From NCBI GenBank assembly GCA_047495785.1, contig JBLDXI010000002.1:620001-684000 (forward strand): a stretch of 64,000 nucleotides of DNA. The letters are read 5' to 3'. The notes under the pieces were generated by a model. It did not search any database, was not told where the DNA came from, and saw only the letters and a program-made list of their open reading frames with translations. Position 1 is the stretch's first letter, and every line of letters begins with the position of its first letter. A program made the translations under genes and the position numbers. Positions 11,464 to 23,506 of the stretch are shown piece after piece. This DNA is from Lepidodermella squamata (Eukaryota; Animalia; Gastrotricha).

Positions 11464-14400
11464 ATGTTCAAGCGTTTATCCATTGTCGTGCTAGCTGTTG
11501 TAACTTCTGTGATCGGTAACAGACTATTTTTTAATTGCATTTTCATTTTTTGATGTTCTGTTTAAAGTACGAGCTGCACCGATGACGAAATATTTACAGC
11601 TACCGAAAGGATACCAAACAGCTACGCTGGATTCAGATTTGTCTTTCGACTATCTCAATAGCCCAGTTGTCCCCGGGCCTTCGCTAACTCTAGAAAAGGC
11701 AGCTCAAAATTCAACCTTGGGAACTGGCTACGATCTATTGACAAGCAACTCAACTTTTCGGCAGGGCGGGATCTTTTTCTCAAAGGTTCGAAAGATTGTC
11801 ATGAAATGCTATAAATGATGACGATTTGATATTACAGAAATTTGCATCGCACTGCAATCTAGGCTTCAGAGTGGAAATCGCCGTCGAAGCTAGTTATGTG
11901 ACCACTGGACAGTGTGCTTTGCTAGCGTACCTCGTTTACGATATAGGCGTGAAACCGGAATCAGGTTAACTTTTGAAATCTAAACTAGATTCATCATCGT
12001 TTGTTCTTCTTCACCCAAAGGCACGAATGACACTATTTCCAGCTTCACGGATGTGGCATTTTTCCACCAAATTTGCCCAAATGGATCGTTTTGGACGATT
12101 CCGAAAGGTCGAACGACCAGTCAAGCCTTCACCCCATCAAATGTTCCTGGTATAATATCTTGTTCAGCCTGCAGCGAATTTCTACCCTCAACTGGTAGTT
12201 CTAAGTATAAAATCATCATTCAGAGTGTTGGGGACTTAGTTACTGTTTGTTTGTTACGAAAAATTGGATCCTATTTATATATTTTGCATATCGTTCTTAA
12301 AGGTTGTTATGGTATCAGATTCTGGCTCTTCAACCTTTTGCTACAGCTCAGCTAATTCGGTTGGATTATCTGCATTGGCAGGAGCTTCAAAGGCCACAAT
12401 GGCATTCATTGGACTAGGAGGAAGTTACGCCAGCATTCGTCTGCGATCAGTCAACTTTTACACCTTTGCTTCAAACTCCATATCACGTACTTCATGGTCA
12501 CCCCATTTGCGTGATAATGTTTACTGGTCCATTTTTAGGTGCATATCGGCAGCCGAATGAATACATGTTGCCGTACCCTATCGATCAGAGTACATTTACG
12601 TACTTATCGAACTACTCCTTCGACCCCAACAAGACATCGCCCCTCGCTAATTGGGTTACCCTGCACGACTACGCAGTAACAAGCACTGCTGTTGTTGTGG
12701 GTGGCAATAATTCTGGCGTTGAATCCTTTATCAAATCACAGGTTAGGAAAACAGTCCGGTTGAAAAATAGGCCGATTTTTGATTGAACAACAGACTCTGC
12801 CCATCGTCCCACCTAGCTACGGATTCCGCGTTGAAATTGCTATGTCATCGTCACCTTTGCAAATGGCTAGCTCATCACGTGGGTCTATGATTTACGTGCA
12901 CCTCGGCTTTATCGATCAGCCGGGGTACTTCAGTGACATCGCAACATCTGATCAGCTGCTGAATTTTCGTGGCCTCGCTCTTGGATTCGCATTTTACGCG
13001 ACAACGGTCGATGTCAGCCTGATTTATTCGCAGAAATTGAATAACAGTTTGGTCTATTCGACAAATCGAAAGCTGCCATGTTATACGTGCACCCTGACAC
13101 CGACTCAATTCCTAATTGGGGTAGAGCTGGTCATTCAAGTGGCTCGTGACCTAGCCACCGTAAGAATATCAAATCAAACTACTTAATTAGTTTTGTTTAA
13201 TTGATTTTCAGATTTCAATCAAAGCATATGACGATCTCTTTCCCAAGATATGCTACAGCAATTACCCCGTTCCTGGTCTGTCAACCGTAATTTTGACCCG
13301 GGGAGGAGGTGTAATTGAAATTTCGAGTCAAAACGCTAACAACGTGAACCAAGTCTACGCATTCATTGCACAGCTGAATGTTTTTCACTTGACACTATCA
13401 TCTGGGCTAAGTACGTTTCAGCTATATATTTTCTAATATTTTGAATGACTTTTTTCATAGCAACCCAAACTCCAGTCTGCTCCATCGCTATGTACACCCA
13501 GTGCGATGGGATGGATTGGACTGGGGAAACGTGTTGCCCGCCTGGAGGGGTGTGCACTTTCAGCAGTGCTTATTACTGGCAATGTTTGCCTGGGTCCCAA
13601 GCTACAACAACACCGCTGGTTTCGTCCGGCTGCACTATTCCTGTGGCATTGTGGCAGCAATGCGGGGGCATAGGATGGACAGGATCGACCTGCTGTACAT
13701 CGGATGGTGTATGCACCTATCAGAGTGACTACTACTGGCAATGCATTCCCTTGCCGCAGACTACAACCGCAGCCCCAACATTTCAAACCACAACAGGTCC
13801 TTGTACTGGCAATGTTTCCTCGTGGCAGCAATGCGGCGGGATAGGGTGGACTGGGGCGACCTGCTGTACCCCTGATGCCTTATGCACCTATCAAAACGAT
13901 TACTACTGGCAATGCATTCCATTGCCGCAGACTACAACCCAAGCTGCGACAATTCCAACTACGACAGGCCCTTGCACTGGCATTGTCTCGTTGTGGCAGC
14001 AATGTGGTGGAATAGGTTGGAATGGGGCCACTTGCTGTACCCCTGATGGCTTGTGTACCTATCAAAGCGATTACTATTGGCAATGTATTCCGATCCCACA
14101 AACTACTGCAATAGCTACAACATTTTCAACAACGACAGGGGCTTGCACTGGTAACGTATCTGCGTGGCAGCAATGCGGTGGAATTGGTTGGGCTGGGGAC
14201 ACCTGCTGTAGCCCTGATGCCTTATGCACCTACCAAAACGACTACTACTGGCAATGCATTCCCTTGCCGCAGACTACAACCGCAGCCCCAACATTTCAAA
14301 CTACGACAGGGCCCTGTACTGGTAATGTTTCCTCATGGCAGCAATGTGGCGGGATAGGATGGGCTGGGGACACCTGCTGTAGCCCTGATGCCTTATGCAC

Positions 14401-16568
14401 CTACCAAAACGACTACTACTGGCAATGCATTCCCTTGCCGCAGACTACAACCGCAGCCCCAACATTTCAAACTACGACAGGGCCCTGTACTGGTAATGTT
14501 TCCTCATGGCAGCAATGTGGCGGGATAGGATGGGCTGGGGACACCTGCTGTAGCCCTGATGCCTTATGCACCTACCAAAACGACTACTACTGGCAATGCA
14601 TTCCCTTGCCGCAGACCACTACCGCAGCCCCAACATTTCAAACTACGACAGGGCCCTGTACTGGCAATGTTTCTTCGTGGCAGCAATGTGGCGGGATAGG
14701 ATGGGCCGGAGACACTTGTTGTAGTTCCGATGCATTGTGCACCTATCAAAATGATTACTACTGGCAATGTATTCCGATTCCTCAAACGACTACTGCAGAA
14801 CAATCAACAGCCTCAGATACGGGTATCCCTGATTCAACATCCTCATCTAGCCTTGCTACTTCAAGCTCTACTGCTGTTTTCACAAGTTCTTCATCAACGG
14901 AATTGCCCACTACACCCACTTCAACGTCTACTGAGATTTCATCGAGCTCTGGGACCAGTACAACATCAACCGAAACTTCGACCTCCATTCCTAGCTCTAG
15001 TTCCACAGCAACGTATGGCTCCATTACCACTACGTCGTCTGTGAGTTCTACTACAGGAGCTTTATCATCTTCATCGACTGGTTCCAGTTCTACCACCATC
15101 TTACCGTCCACTTCCCTTTCAATCCTACCTACATCTTCCTCCTCGATAAATCCTACCGCCACATCCTCTGTAAGATCTTCTACTGGGAGCTCACTGGCAT
15201 CAATCAGCATTCAGCCGAGTTCGACTGCAATACCTACGACTGCTATTCAAAGTTCCATAGCAACATCGCTTGTTGCAATAAGTAGTTCTCCAGCTACTTT
15301 CCCAGCTTCTACAATGCCCTCAGGGAACCCAACTACCTCAATCGGAGGGTCAACGACAGTGGCAGACCGTTTCGAGGCTTACTACGACATCAAAAGTTAT
15401 TCCTTTCTAAGCGATCCTAAAACCGGCTTCCCGATGCCTTCGCTCGTGTCTGGCCGGGCAGTGCCCCTCATAAGTCTTGAAGAACTCCTCAAGTGCCCAA
15501 ATATTTGGCCTGAAAATCTGGCGCCGGACGCTGATCGGCCAACTTTTCTCTACTTCACCCTTTCAGTCGATAAATTAGTAAATATCGACAGTCTGAATGA
15601 ATCGCTAACAATCCTGGGCAGCATTTACCTTCAATGGCGGGTCAGATCGTGCCCAGCCGAGCTGATTGCGGGCGGGGCGAATGAGCTTGAACGCATTGTA
15701 GTGCTAGACAACAAGAAGGTCTGGAAACCTGACCTTGTCTACGCGAATTCCACCGCGAGGGACATCAAAATGGCTTCGAAGCGAACGACTGGCTCGGATA
15801 TGCACATCCTTTACGTGCCGACCAAGCCGAATAGGACGTTATTTTTCTACTGGACGCAAGCAGGAATGCTGACTTCGAAATGCAAACTTGATGTCACGCT
15901 TTTCCCATTCGATGTTCAATTTTGCGATTTCTTTTTCTACTCTAAGGTTTGAAAGGAAAGCTCGCCGAAATCTGACTGAATATTTTGTTTAGGAGCCCTG
16001 GACGTTGACAACTTTCGGCGGGATTTTTCTAGATGAAATTCAGCTTTCAAACGATATGTGGAAGATAATTGGTCAATCAAACGGTACTGGATTAGGCCAG
16101 ATGACTGAAAAAGGTCTTGTACCTTTTAGCTACGCCTACGTTCGGCTTGAATTAGCCAGAAATCCTGCTTATTACATCAACTCTTTGCTGATACCCAGTG
16201 TCATTCTTATCTCCATTATTTTCGCCTCATTTTTGATCCCTTGCCGATCTGCTGAACGGCCGTCGTTATGTGCGACTGTTTTGTTGGCCTTCGTTTTGGC
16301 GCAGAGCAACGTTATCAAGGAGATACCTAGGACCAGTGAGAAAGTTGTATTCGTCGAGTTCATCTTTTTGACAACGAATCTGACGGCATTAATCACGCTG
16401 CATCACATGATGTTGTGTATGATTGGACGATCTAAATCTCGGAAAGTAGCTATTCAAAGCCTTTCAGGGATGAAACTTACTCGAGCCCTGGACATCTTTG
16501 TATTTTCGTTATCTGTTATTTTTTACGCTGGTATCTCAGCGAATGCCTTTACGCAGCTTCGTGAGTGA
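11464..16568 (+). CDS. pLGIC-3: signal peptide - 2 lectin-like domains - 8x CBM1 - stalk - Cys-loop LBD - 4 TM (multi-exon)
   Basis: Exon 1 (11464-11515) MFKRLSIVVLAVVTSVI splices at 11568 to VRAAPMTKYLQLP. Eight CBM1 modules in ORF 13445..15952. Cys-loop CKLDVTLFPFDVQFC; TM exon is ORF 16005..16568. Confidence 0.87.
13478..14773 (+). repeat. Tandem array of 8 CBM1 modules, mostly on a 171-bp (57-aa) period
   Basis: Unit CTGNVSSWQQCGGIGWAGDTCCSPDALCTYQNDYYWQCIPLPQTTTAAPTFQTTTGP. The same nucleotide word occurs at 14311 and 14482 (171 bp apart). Units 5-7 are nearly identical at DNA level. Confidence 0.93.
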
Positions 16569-16669
16569 TATTGTAATGAAATCGAAACATTTCTTTCAAT
16601 GAAGCTAATAAAAAATAGGTGAAAGCATGCCTTTGGCAATATTTCGGGCTCCCTAGCTCGCGATCAGTG

Positions 16670-16707
16670 GCAAGCCATAATAGCAAGCCATAATAGCAAG
16701 CCATAAT
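16670..16707. repeat. 13-bp minisatellite GCAAGCCATAATA x~3
   Basis: Read directly, downstream of pLGIC-3. Confidence 0.8.
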
Positions 16708-17414
16708 CTGGCAATTATGAACATAGGAGGGAAATAACCGATTCGGAGCTTATGGTATCTATACAGCCTCCGAGTACATTGTTTATATTGTCTAAGTTTA
16801 GTATCTGTATGGGAGCTTTCAAAGCGAATTCATGCTGCCACAAGCAACAAAATAATGCTTTTTTATCTGACCCATAAGACATATTCGGAGTTCGGAGACA
16901 CATCTTTCTATAGGTCAACCTCAAGGCATGATTTCAAGGCTAGTCGATTTTTGAAAAGGCATTTATAGCGTCTTGAGTCTTGATATGTTTATGTTGAAAG
17001 TTCTCAACCTTATTTATTTTCGAATGTCTTTTTTGACCTCCCATGTCATTGTACGGTTCTTTAATGCGTTCGACAAGTTCCAGGTTCCACGCGAAATGAA
17101 GTGTCTTTCTTTTTCTGTGAGTTATCACTCGTCTTGTGGTGTAAATAAGCTGAGTGCGCGCCACCTGGAGCCTCCTCCACCTCTAAACAATTCATGATTC
17201 TACGCTACTGTTTCGCTAATGAACTGCTGGCGTCCGGTAGTGAACTCAGCAATTAGTCATGTTTATTCAGAAGTAATCACCGACACAAATGTTGATGTTA
17301 TTGCTCGCGTTCGAAAACCCACGGCTTATCGACATTTGACAAAAAATTAAGACAAACTTCACAAAGCTATAGCAATGTAATTTTCTCAGTCGCTGAATTG
17401 AGCATTGGTAGAAA

Positions 17415-20400
17415 ATGATTTCCCTGTTCATGTTTTCTATACTTCACTTGAACCTCATTCCAAGTCATAGTATGCTAACTTTCGAATCTGCGCCACTTCG
17501 TATTTAATCTTCAATTATTTCAGGTGTACCACTCACTCAGTATTTACAACTGCCGATTAATTACCAAGTGGCAACTCTTGATCCCGATTTTTCTTTCGAT
17601 TACGTATCAAACTCATCATCAATCGGTCCCAGTCTGCAAACTGATAAAGCTGCTCAAAATGCGACAACGGGGAAAGGTTATTCGCTCATTACTGGACCGA
17701 GTTCAACTTACAATCAGGGTGGTTTGTTCTTCTCTAACGTAAGTACATCAAGATGACATCTTCCGAATTTCATTTTTTTTATTCATGAAAGGCTTTACAA
17801 CCAGGTTGCGCCCACTCATTCCGAGTTGAAATTAGCGTAGAAACTAATTTTTCGACATCCGGAGCGTGCGGTTGGCTTGGAATTTTATTTTTCGATCTGA
17901 CCAAAGTGCCGAACCTGGGTTGGCCCTACTGATTTTACCATAATGACCTTAATTTTTGAAATATTGCAGAGCCAAACGATACGATTTCAGGTTTCTCAGA
18001 CACAGCATTTTTTCATCAAATTTGCCCCTCTGGTGGTTTGAAAGCGATACGAAGTGGTACAACTTCGGGGCAACCTTTCAATCCAGCTGAACTATCTGGG
18101 CAACCTTCTTGTTCGAGCTGTAGTGAAGTACTAACAAACTCTGGAGCTTCGAAATATCCCATCATCATCCAGGCGATTGAAGACTCTTTCACTGTAAGAC
18201 AATTTCGAGCCGGGACATTTGATAATTATTATCCGCTTTAAGGTGGTTTTGGTGACACCAGATGGTCCAACTTACTTTTGCTACAGCTCCGTCGAACTCC
18301 CAGGATTTTCAGCCCTTACTGCGATGGCCAAAACCAAAATGGCGATAGTTGGACTTGGAGGAAGTTCCGCTGATATCCGGATTACATCAGTCAGTTTCTA
18401 CGTTCTCAGTTCCAGTCATGCGAATCGTAAGAGCCTGTTCTAGTTCCTCATTCTAACCAATCGATTTTTCCGTAGGTGATGTGCGTAAGCCGAACGAGTA
18501 TATGTTCCCCCTGCCCACGGATCAGACAACCTATACCTACTTACCGAATCAATCGTTCGATAATTTGAAATCTTCCCCGCTTGCAAATTGGACAACGTAC
18601 AACGACTACGCAATTTTAGGGAATGCCGTAGTGGTTGGAAGCAACTCAACCACTTTTGAATCACTAATCCGATCTGGGGTACGATTTTACAGGAATTTTT
18701 TCGGAATTATATTTGATTTTATGCAGCGTATGCCAATCGTTTCACCGAATGCTGGATTTCGGGTGGAAATCGCAATGTCTTCTTCAAATTTGCAAAACCC
18801 AAGCACAACCCGCGGCTCGTTAATTTTCGTTCATCTTGGATTCATCAACGAGCCGGCTTCTTTCAGCGATATTGTTTCATCCGACAAGCTTTCAAACTAT
18901 CGAGGCTTGGCCTTAGGATTCGCATTCTACAACACACGGGTTGAAGTCAGTTTGGTGTATTCGCAAACTTTGAGTACTAGCTTAGCGTACTCAACTAGCG
19001 TCATTTCGCCCTGTTCGAGCTGTAGTTTGACTCCGGGAGATATTGCTGACGGCATTGAGATTGGGATTCAAGTCTATAAAGACATGGCTACTGTTGCTAT
19101 CATGGTTGATGACGCAGAATTTCCGATGATTTGCTACCAAAACTTACTGTTGCCTGGCCTTTCATCGATCATCCTATCACGCGGAGGTGGGACAGTCGCG
19201 ATTTCAAGCCAAAATAGCAATGGGGTGAATATTGCTTACGCAATCATTGCAGAACTCAATGTTTTTCATCTGACGTTATCGGCTGGTTTAAGTAAGTTGA
19301 TTACGGAGATCTGGAAGGATTTTCATTGCTCTTTCACCCAGCTACCCCTTCGACTGTTTGCTCGAATGCAGTGTACACGCAATGCGACGGGTTCGATTGG
19401 GCGGGCGAGACTTGCTGCCCAGCTGGAACGGTTTGCAACTGGAACAGCGACTATTTCTGGCAATGCGAGCCCACAGCAACAACTATTTCAGTAAATTCAA
19501 ATTCGCCGTCAGGCCCATGTGCCACATTGTACAACAAATGCGGCGGGTTAAATTGGAATGGAACTACGTGTTGTGAACCAGGGTCGGTTTGCGTCTATCA
19601 AAACGATTTCTACTGGCAATGCGTCGCTAGTGGTATCCCAGCTGTTGTTGCATCATCCTCATCACAATCATCAACGTCACTGCCGTCAGTATCATCAGGA
19701 CCCTGTGCTGCCTTGTACCAGCAATGTGGCGGTATCAATTGGAATGGGACCAATTGCTGCGAAACTGGGGCTGTCTGTGCTTATCAAAATGATTACTACT
19801 GGCAATGCGTCGCTAATGGTACCTCAGCTGTAGCTGTAATAACCTCAGTCTCATCATCATCAGCAACCACAGCATCGTCATCAGGGTCGTGTGCTGCCCT
19901 ATATCAACAGTGTGGAGGAACCAATTGGGCTGGGAGCACGTGCTGTGCATCCGGTTCAGTTTGCGTCTATCAAAATGATTACTACTGGCAATGCGTGGCT
20001 AATGGCTCACCAGTGGTACCTCCAACAACCAGCTTAGAATCGTCGACTATATCTTCCCTGTCTCAAACATCAACCGCGATTAGCTTGTCATTGACTACGG
20101 CTTCACCATCCCAAACGTCCTTTACTCCACTTTCGACTACGTCTTTATCAGTCCCAACATCAACCACGATTTACGCTTCGTCGACTACGTCCACGCCGAT
20201 TCGAACATCAACTGCGAGTGGCCCATCTTCGACTACACCTTCGGTAACATCAACTGCGAGTGGCCCATCTTCGACTACACCTTCGGTAACATCAACTGCG
20301 AGTGGCCCATCTTCGACTACACCTTCAGTAACATCAACTGCGAGTGGCCCATCTTCGACTACACCTTCAGTAACTCGAACTCAATCTTCAACTACAACAA

Positions 20401-22164
20401 CGCCAACTCAGCCATCAACTACGACTATTCCAGCTTCGACTTCGCCTCCTCGAACCCCAACATCATCTCCTATTATACCATCTTCAACTACGTCCATGCC
20501 GAACCAAACGTCAATTGCAACTACTTCATCGTCTACGACTTCTTCGCCAACTCAAACTGCGATTACTTCAGTCAATTATTCCAGCTCAGGAACGACACCT
20601 GGCCCCGAATCGACTTCTAATGCATCTCCTGCCCGATTTGGGGTGACGCTGGACCCTTACTACCCCTACTACGACATAGGTCCTGGCTCCTACCTTAGCG
20701 ACCCAAGAACAGGCTTCCCAATGCCACCTTTGATCACTGGAAAAGCCGTACCACTTGTCAGCCTTGAAGATCTACTGAAATGTGGGAATATCTGGCCAGA
20801 AAATTTTGCGCCAGATGCTGATCATTCAACTGATGTCTACTTCACCGCTAACATCGATAAATTGATCAATATCGATAGTTTGAACGAAACTATGACACTT
20901 TTCGGTAGCATCTTCCTGCAATGGAGTGTTAAGTCATGCCCTGCCGAGCTGATTTCTGGAGGAGCCAACGAGATGGAGCGAGTCATGGTGATAGACGACT
21001 CTGCCGTGTGGAAGCCTGAGATTGTCTTCGCGAACTCGAGCTCGAAGTATTACGAAGACACAACTACTCGGAAGAAATTTGGCAGCGATATGCATATCCT
21101 TTACGTTCCGACGAAACCGAATCGAACTTTGTTCTTCTATTGGGCTCTAACTGGTGTTATGACATCAAAATGCCGGCTTAACGTCGCAAATTTCCCGTTC
21201 GATACTCAAATTTGCGACATTTACCTGAATTCAAAAGTTAGTTGTTTTTGTATTTAATATTAATGAATTCATATGTCTGTTGCTTGAGTGCGTTATTTTT
21301 TCGCATTCTGATTTTTCTAAACATCAATTTGCTCATAAACATCGGAGGTGTAGAGTCTAGATGAGTGCAAGGCTCTCAATTATTTTATTTTCCCTAGTTT
21401 TAAAAGCGTTTTTAGCTTCATCTATTATGTACATTTTAAATCCCATAAAATCAATCAAAATTTGCGTCTCAAAAGTTGAATTTTGTACGTTTTCTTGGGT
21501 TTCATCCTAATTCTTGAAATAATTTCAATTATTATTAAATTCTTAAATTAAATCATTGATTTAATTAATGTTAATTACGAAGGAACCTTGGACATTCATC
21601 ACATTTGGAGGAATCTATCTAAACGACATCCAGTCATCAAATGAAATTTGGACCATCACGAAAAAAGAAAATGGAACAGGCTTTGGACCTGGCGCCCGTG
21701 ACTCCAGTATGACCTACAGCTACGCCTATATCCGCCTTACTATGAAGCGAAAGTCATCCTATTACATCAACTCGCTATTGATTCCTGCGGTAATATTGAT
21801 TTTCCCAGTGTTCGGCTCTTTCGGGATCAGGCCTCGTTCCGGGAATCGGCCAGCCCTCTGTGCTACTGTGGTCCTGGCGTTTGTTGTAATGCAGAGGCGC
21901 GTTTTGAAAGAGGTCCCACGCACTAGCGAGAAGATCATGTTTGTCGAGTTCATCTTTCTTACCGAAGTTTTAACATCAGTGATCACGCTGTACCATATGG
22001 CTCTGTGCGTGCTTGGTTGCTCTGTGATCCGAAAGTTCAGGCTGGTCAGATTCGGACACTTCAAAGCGACTAAAACGATAGACCTCATTATGTTAGTAAT
22101 CTCAGTCGCAATTTTCGCTAGCATTGCTGTTAGCACTTTTTCGCAGTTAATCATTCCAGGCTAA
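17415..22164 (+). CDS. pLGIC-4: signal peptide - 2 lectin-like domains - 4x CBM1 - stalk - Cys-loop LBD - 4 TM (multi-exon)
   Basis: Exon 1 (17415-17469) MISLFMFSILHLNLIPSH splices at 17524 to SVPLTQYLQLP. Four CBM1 modules at ~19359-19997. Cys-loop CRLNVANFPFDTQIC; intron 21237-21582; M2 NRPALCATVVLAFVV. Confidence 0.85.
20205..20372 (+). repeat. 42-bp coding tandem repeat x4 (TSTASGPSSTTPSV) in the pLGIC-4 stalk
   Basis: ACATCAACTGCGAGTGGCCCATCTTCGACTACACCTTC(G/A)GTA repeated four times. Confidence 0.92.
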
Positions 22165-22754
22165 TATCAAATGTCTAACTTGAAATATGGGGATTCGAAA
22201 TAAATTCACCAGTGGTATAAGGTATAAGCATCCTGGGACATTTTGGCTTCTGAGTTTTCTTGTGAGTTAATAGGTATAAACCCAAGTATTTGATTGATCA
22301 AGTGTAAAGTGCACCATATGGTTGAGCCTTTCCAAATTCAGAATATGTATCACGCGTTATATGACACGCTATCAACACCTCTGTCTCAGGGCTAATCAAT
22401 GCGACAGTGGACAGTCGACGTGGGCGCAAAGTAGTAGTGCAGGAGCAATGAAGATGTTGGAAACCCGAATCGCAACTGCTGGTTTAACGAAGATAAAATC
22501 TGAAATTTAATTCCGCACTCAAGAATTTCACCATCGATTACAGCCCGTGTCGACCCAGTTTTTCTGAATTCAGTTTTTATGTACCTATACTGTATGAAAG
22601 GGGATTAATATCCAAGCCGGAAATGCGATAACTTCCGTTTAATTCAATATTTTTTATTGACAATTTGATTAATTATCACACCTTTTTGTGGGAAAACTAT
22701 TCAAGTGCCGATTTTTAATTAAAACGAATTGCGTAGCGATTTTTTATCCTGGTT

Positions 22755-22799
22755 TATAAGGGCGGCAGTATGCTTGGAACTTTCAGCTTTCAGCTCCTC
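22755..22799 (+). promoter_or_regulatory. Probable TATA box / core promoter of three-finger gene copy 1 (paralogous element at 26907-26951)
   Basis: TATAAGGGCGGCAGTATGCTTGGAA is conserved upstream of both paralogues. In copy 2 it lies ~64 nt before the ATG. Confidence 0.55.
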
Positions 22800-22801
22800 G
22801 C

Positions 22802-23023
22802 CACTTAAGCTACTAAAAATAGACTACAAGATTCGACATAGATATTAAATTTTGGCGTTATTCTAGAGTTATTTTCAAAGAACTGCTCAGAGTTTGCGGT
22901 GTCTCCAGGATCGCCGGGCCACAGTCTACACCCTGCCGTCAGGCGTTTTGCCATCCTTGACAGAACCATCAGGATTTAGATCCAAATATCGGATCTTGCA
23001 GTCTATTTTTGGCAGTTGAAGTG
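22802..23023. mobile_element. MITE-like insertion (~222 bp) with imperfect terminal inverted repeats starting CACTT
   Basis: Left end CACTTAAGCTACTAAAAATAGACTACAAGATTCGACAT; reverse complement of right end CACTTCAACTGCCAAAAATAGACTGCAAGATCCGATAT. Absent from the paralogous site at ~26951. No clear target-site duplication. Confidence 0.75.
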
Positions 23024-23044
23024 TTAATGTTTTTCTTGAAAACA

Positions 23045-23506
23045 ATGTTTGCTCATATTTTGGCCTTCACGCTATTCGTCGGCGGCTGTTTTGCTATCAA
23101 GTGTTACAATGGTCAAGCAACCGGATATGCCTACAATGCAACGAGGGATACTGTTTATTCGTCGACGGAAACGTTTTATGAGAAGTTGATGTTCCAAATT
23201 CGCGACAACTGCAGCCTCTGCTTTCAACAAGTCACAATCTCGTCCAAGGACAGTTATGTCAAAGGTAACGACTCCTACCAGCTCATCAAAATAGAATGGG
23301 AATGTGATGAGGGTGGCGGAGGCAGACCTTGCCAATCCTCCCTCAGTGTGACTGGCGACGTGCATGATTATGGCGATGATCCAGGCAGTTACATTACAGG
23401 CATATGCTATTGCTGCAGCGACAACTGCAACGCCAATTACGACTGTGGCTTAAAGGTGCCGGAACTTGTCGAGAGAACCGAGTCCAAGCGAATTCGCAGA
23501 CACTGA
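23045..23506 (+). CDS. Secreted Cys-rich three-finger (Ly6/uPAR, quiver/sleepless-like) protein, copy 1, intronless
   Basis: Signal peptide MFAHILAFTLFVGGCFA, mature start IKCY, 10 Cys in the mature chain, C-terminal CYCCSDNCN (CxCxxDxCN). No hydrophobic GPI tail. Confidence 0.68.
   Translation: MFAHILAFTLFVGGCFAIKCYNGQATGYAYNATRDTVYSSTETFYEKLMFQIRDNCSLCFQQVTISSKDSYVKGNDSYQLIKIEWECDEGGGGRPCQSSLSVTGDVHDYGDDPGSYITGICYCCSDNCNANYDCGLKVPELVERTESKRIRRH

Noticed and set aside
14140-14773. Regularly spaced near-identical repeats that might suggest a CRISPR-like array
   Set aside because: The whole 171-bp unit repeats with no unique spacers, it encodes CBM1 in frame, and the context is eukaryotic with no cas genes.
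4301-22164. Cellulase or other glycoside hydrolase genes implied by CBM1 + Ser/Thr linker
   Set aside because: The domain after the linker is a Cys-loop LBD with 4 TM. No GH catalytic motif was recognised; the N-terminal domains lack an evident GH16-type ExDxxE motif, though a profile search should confirm.
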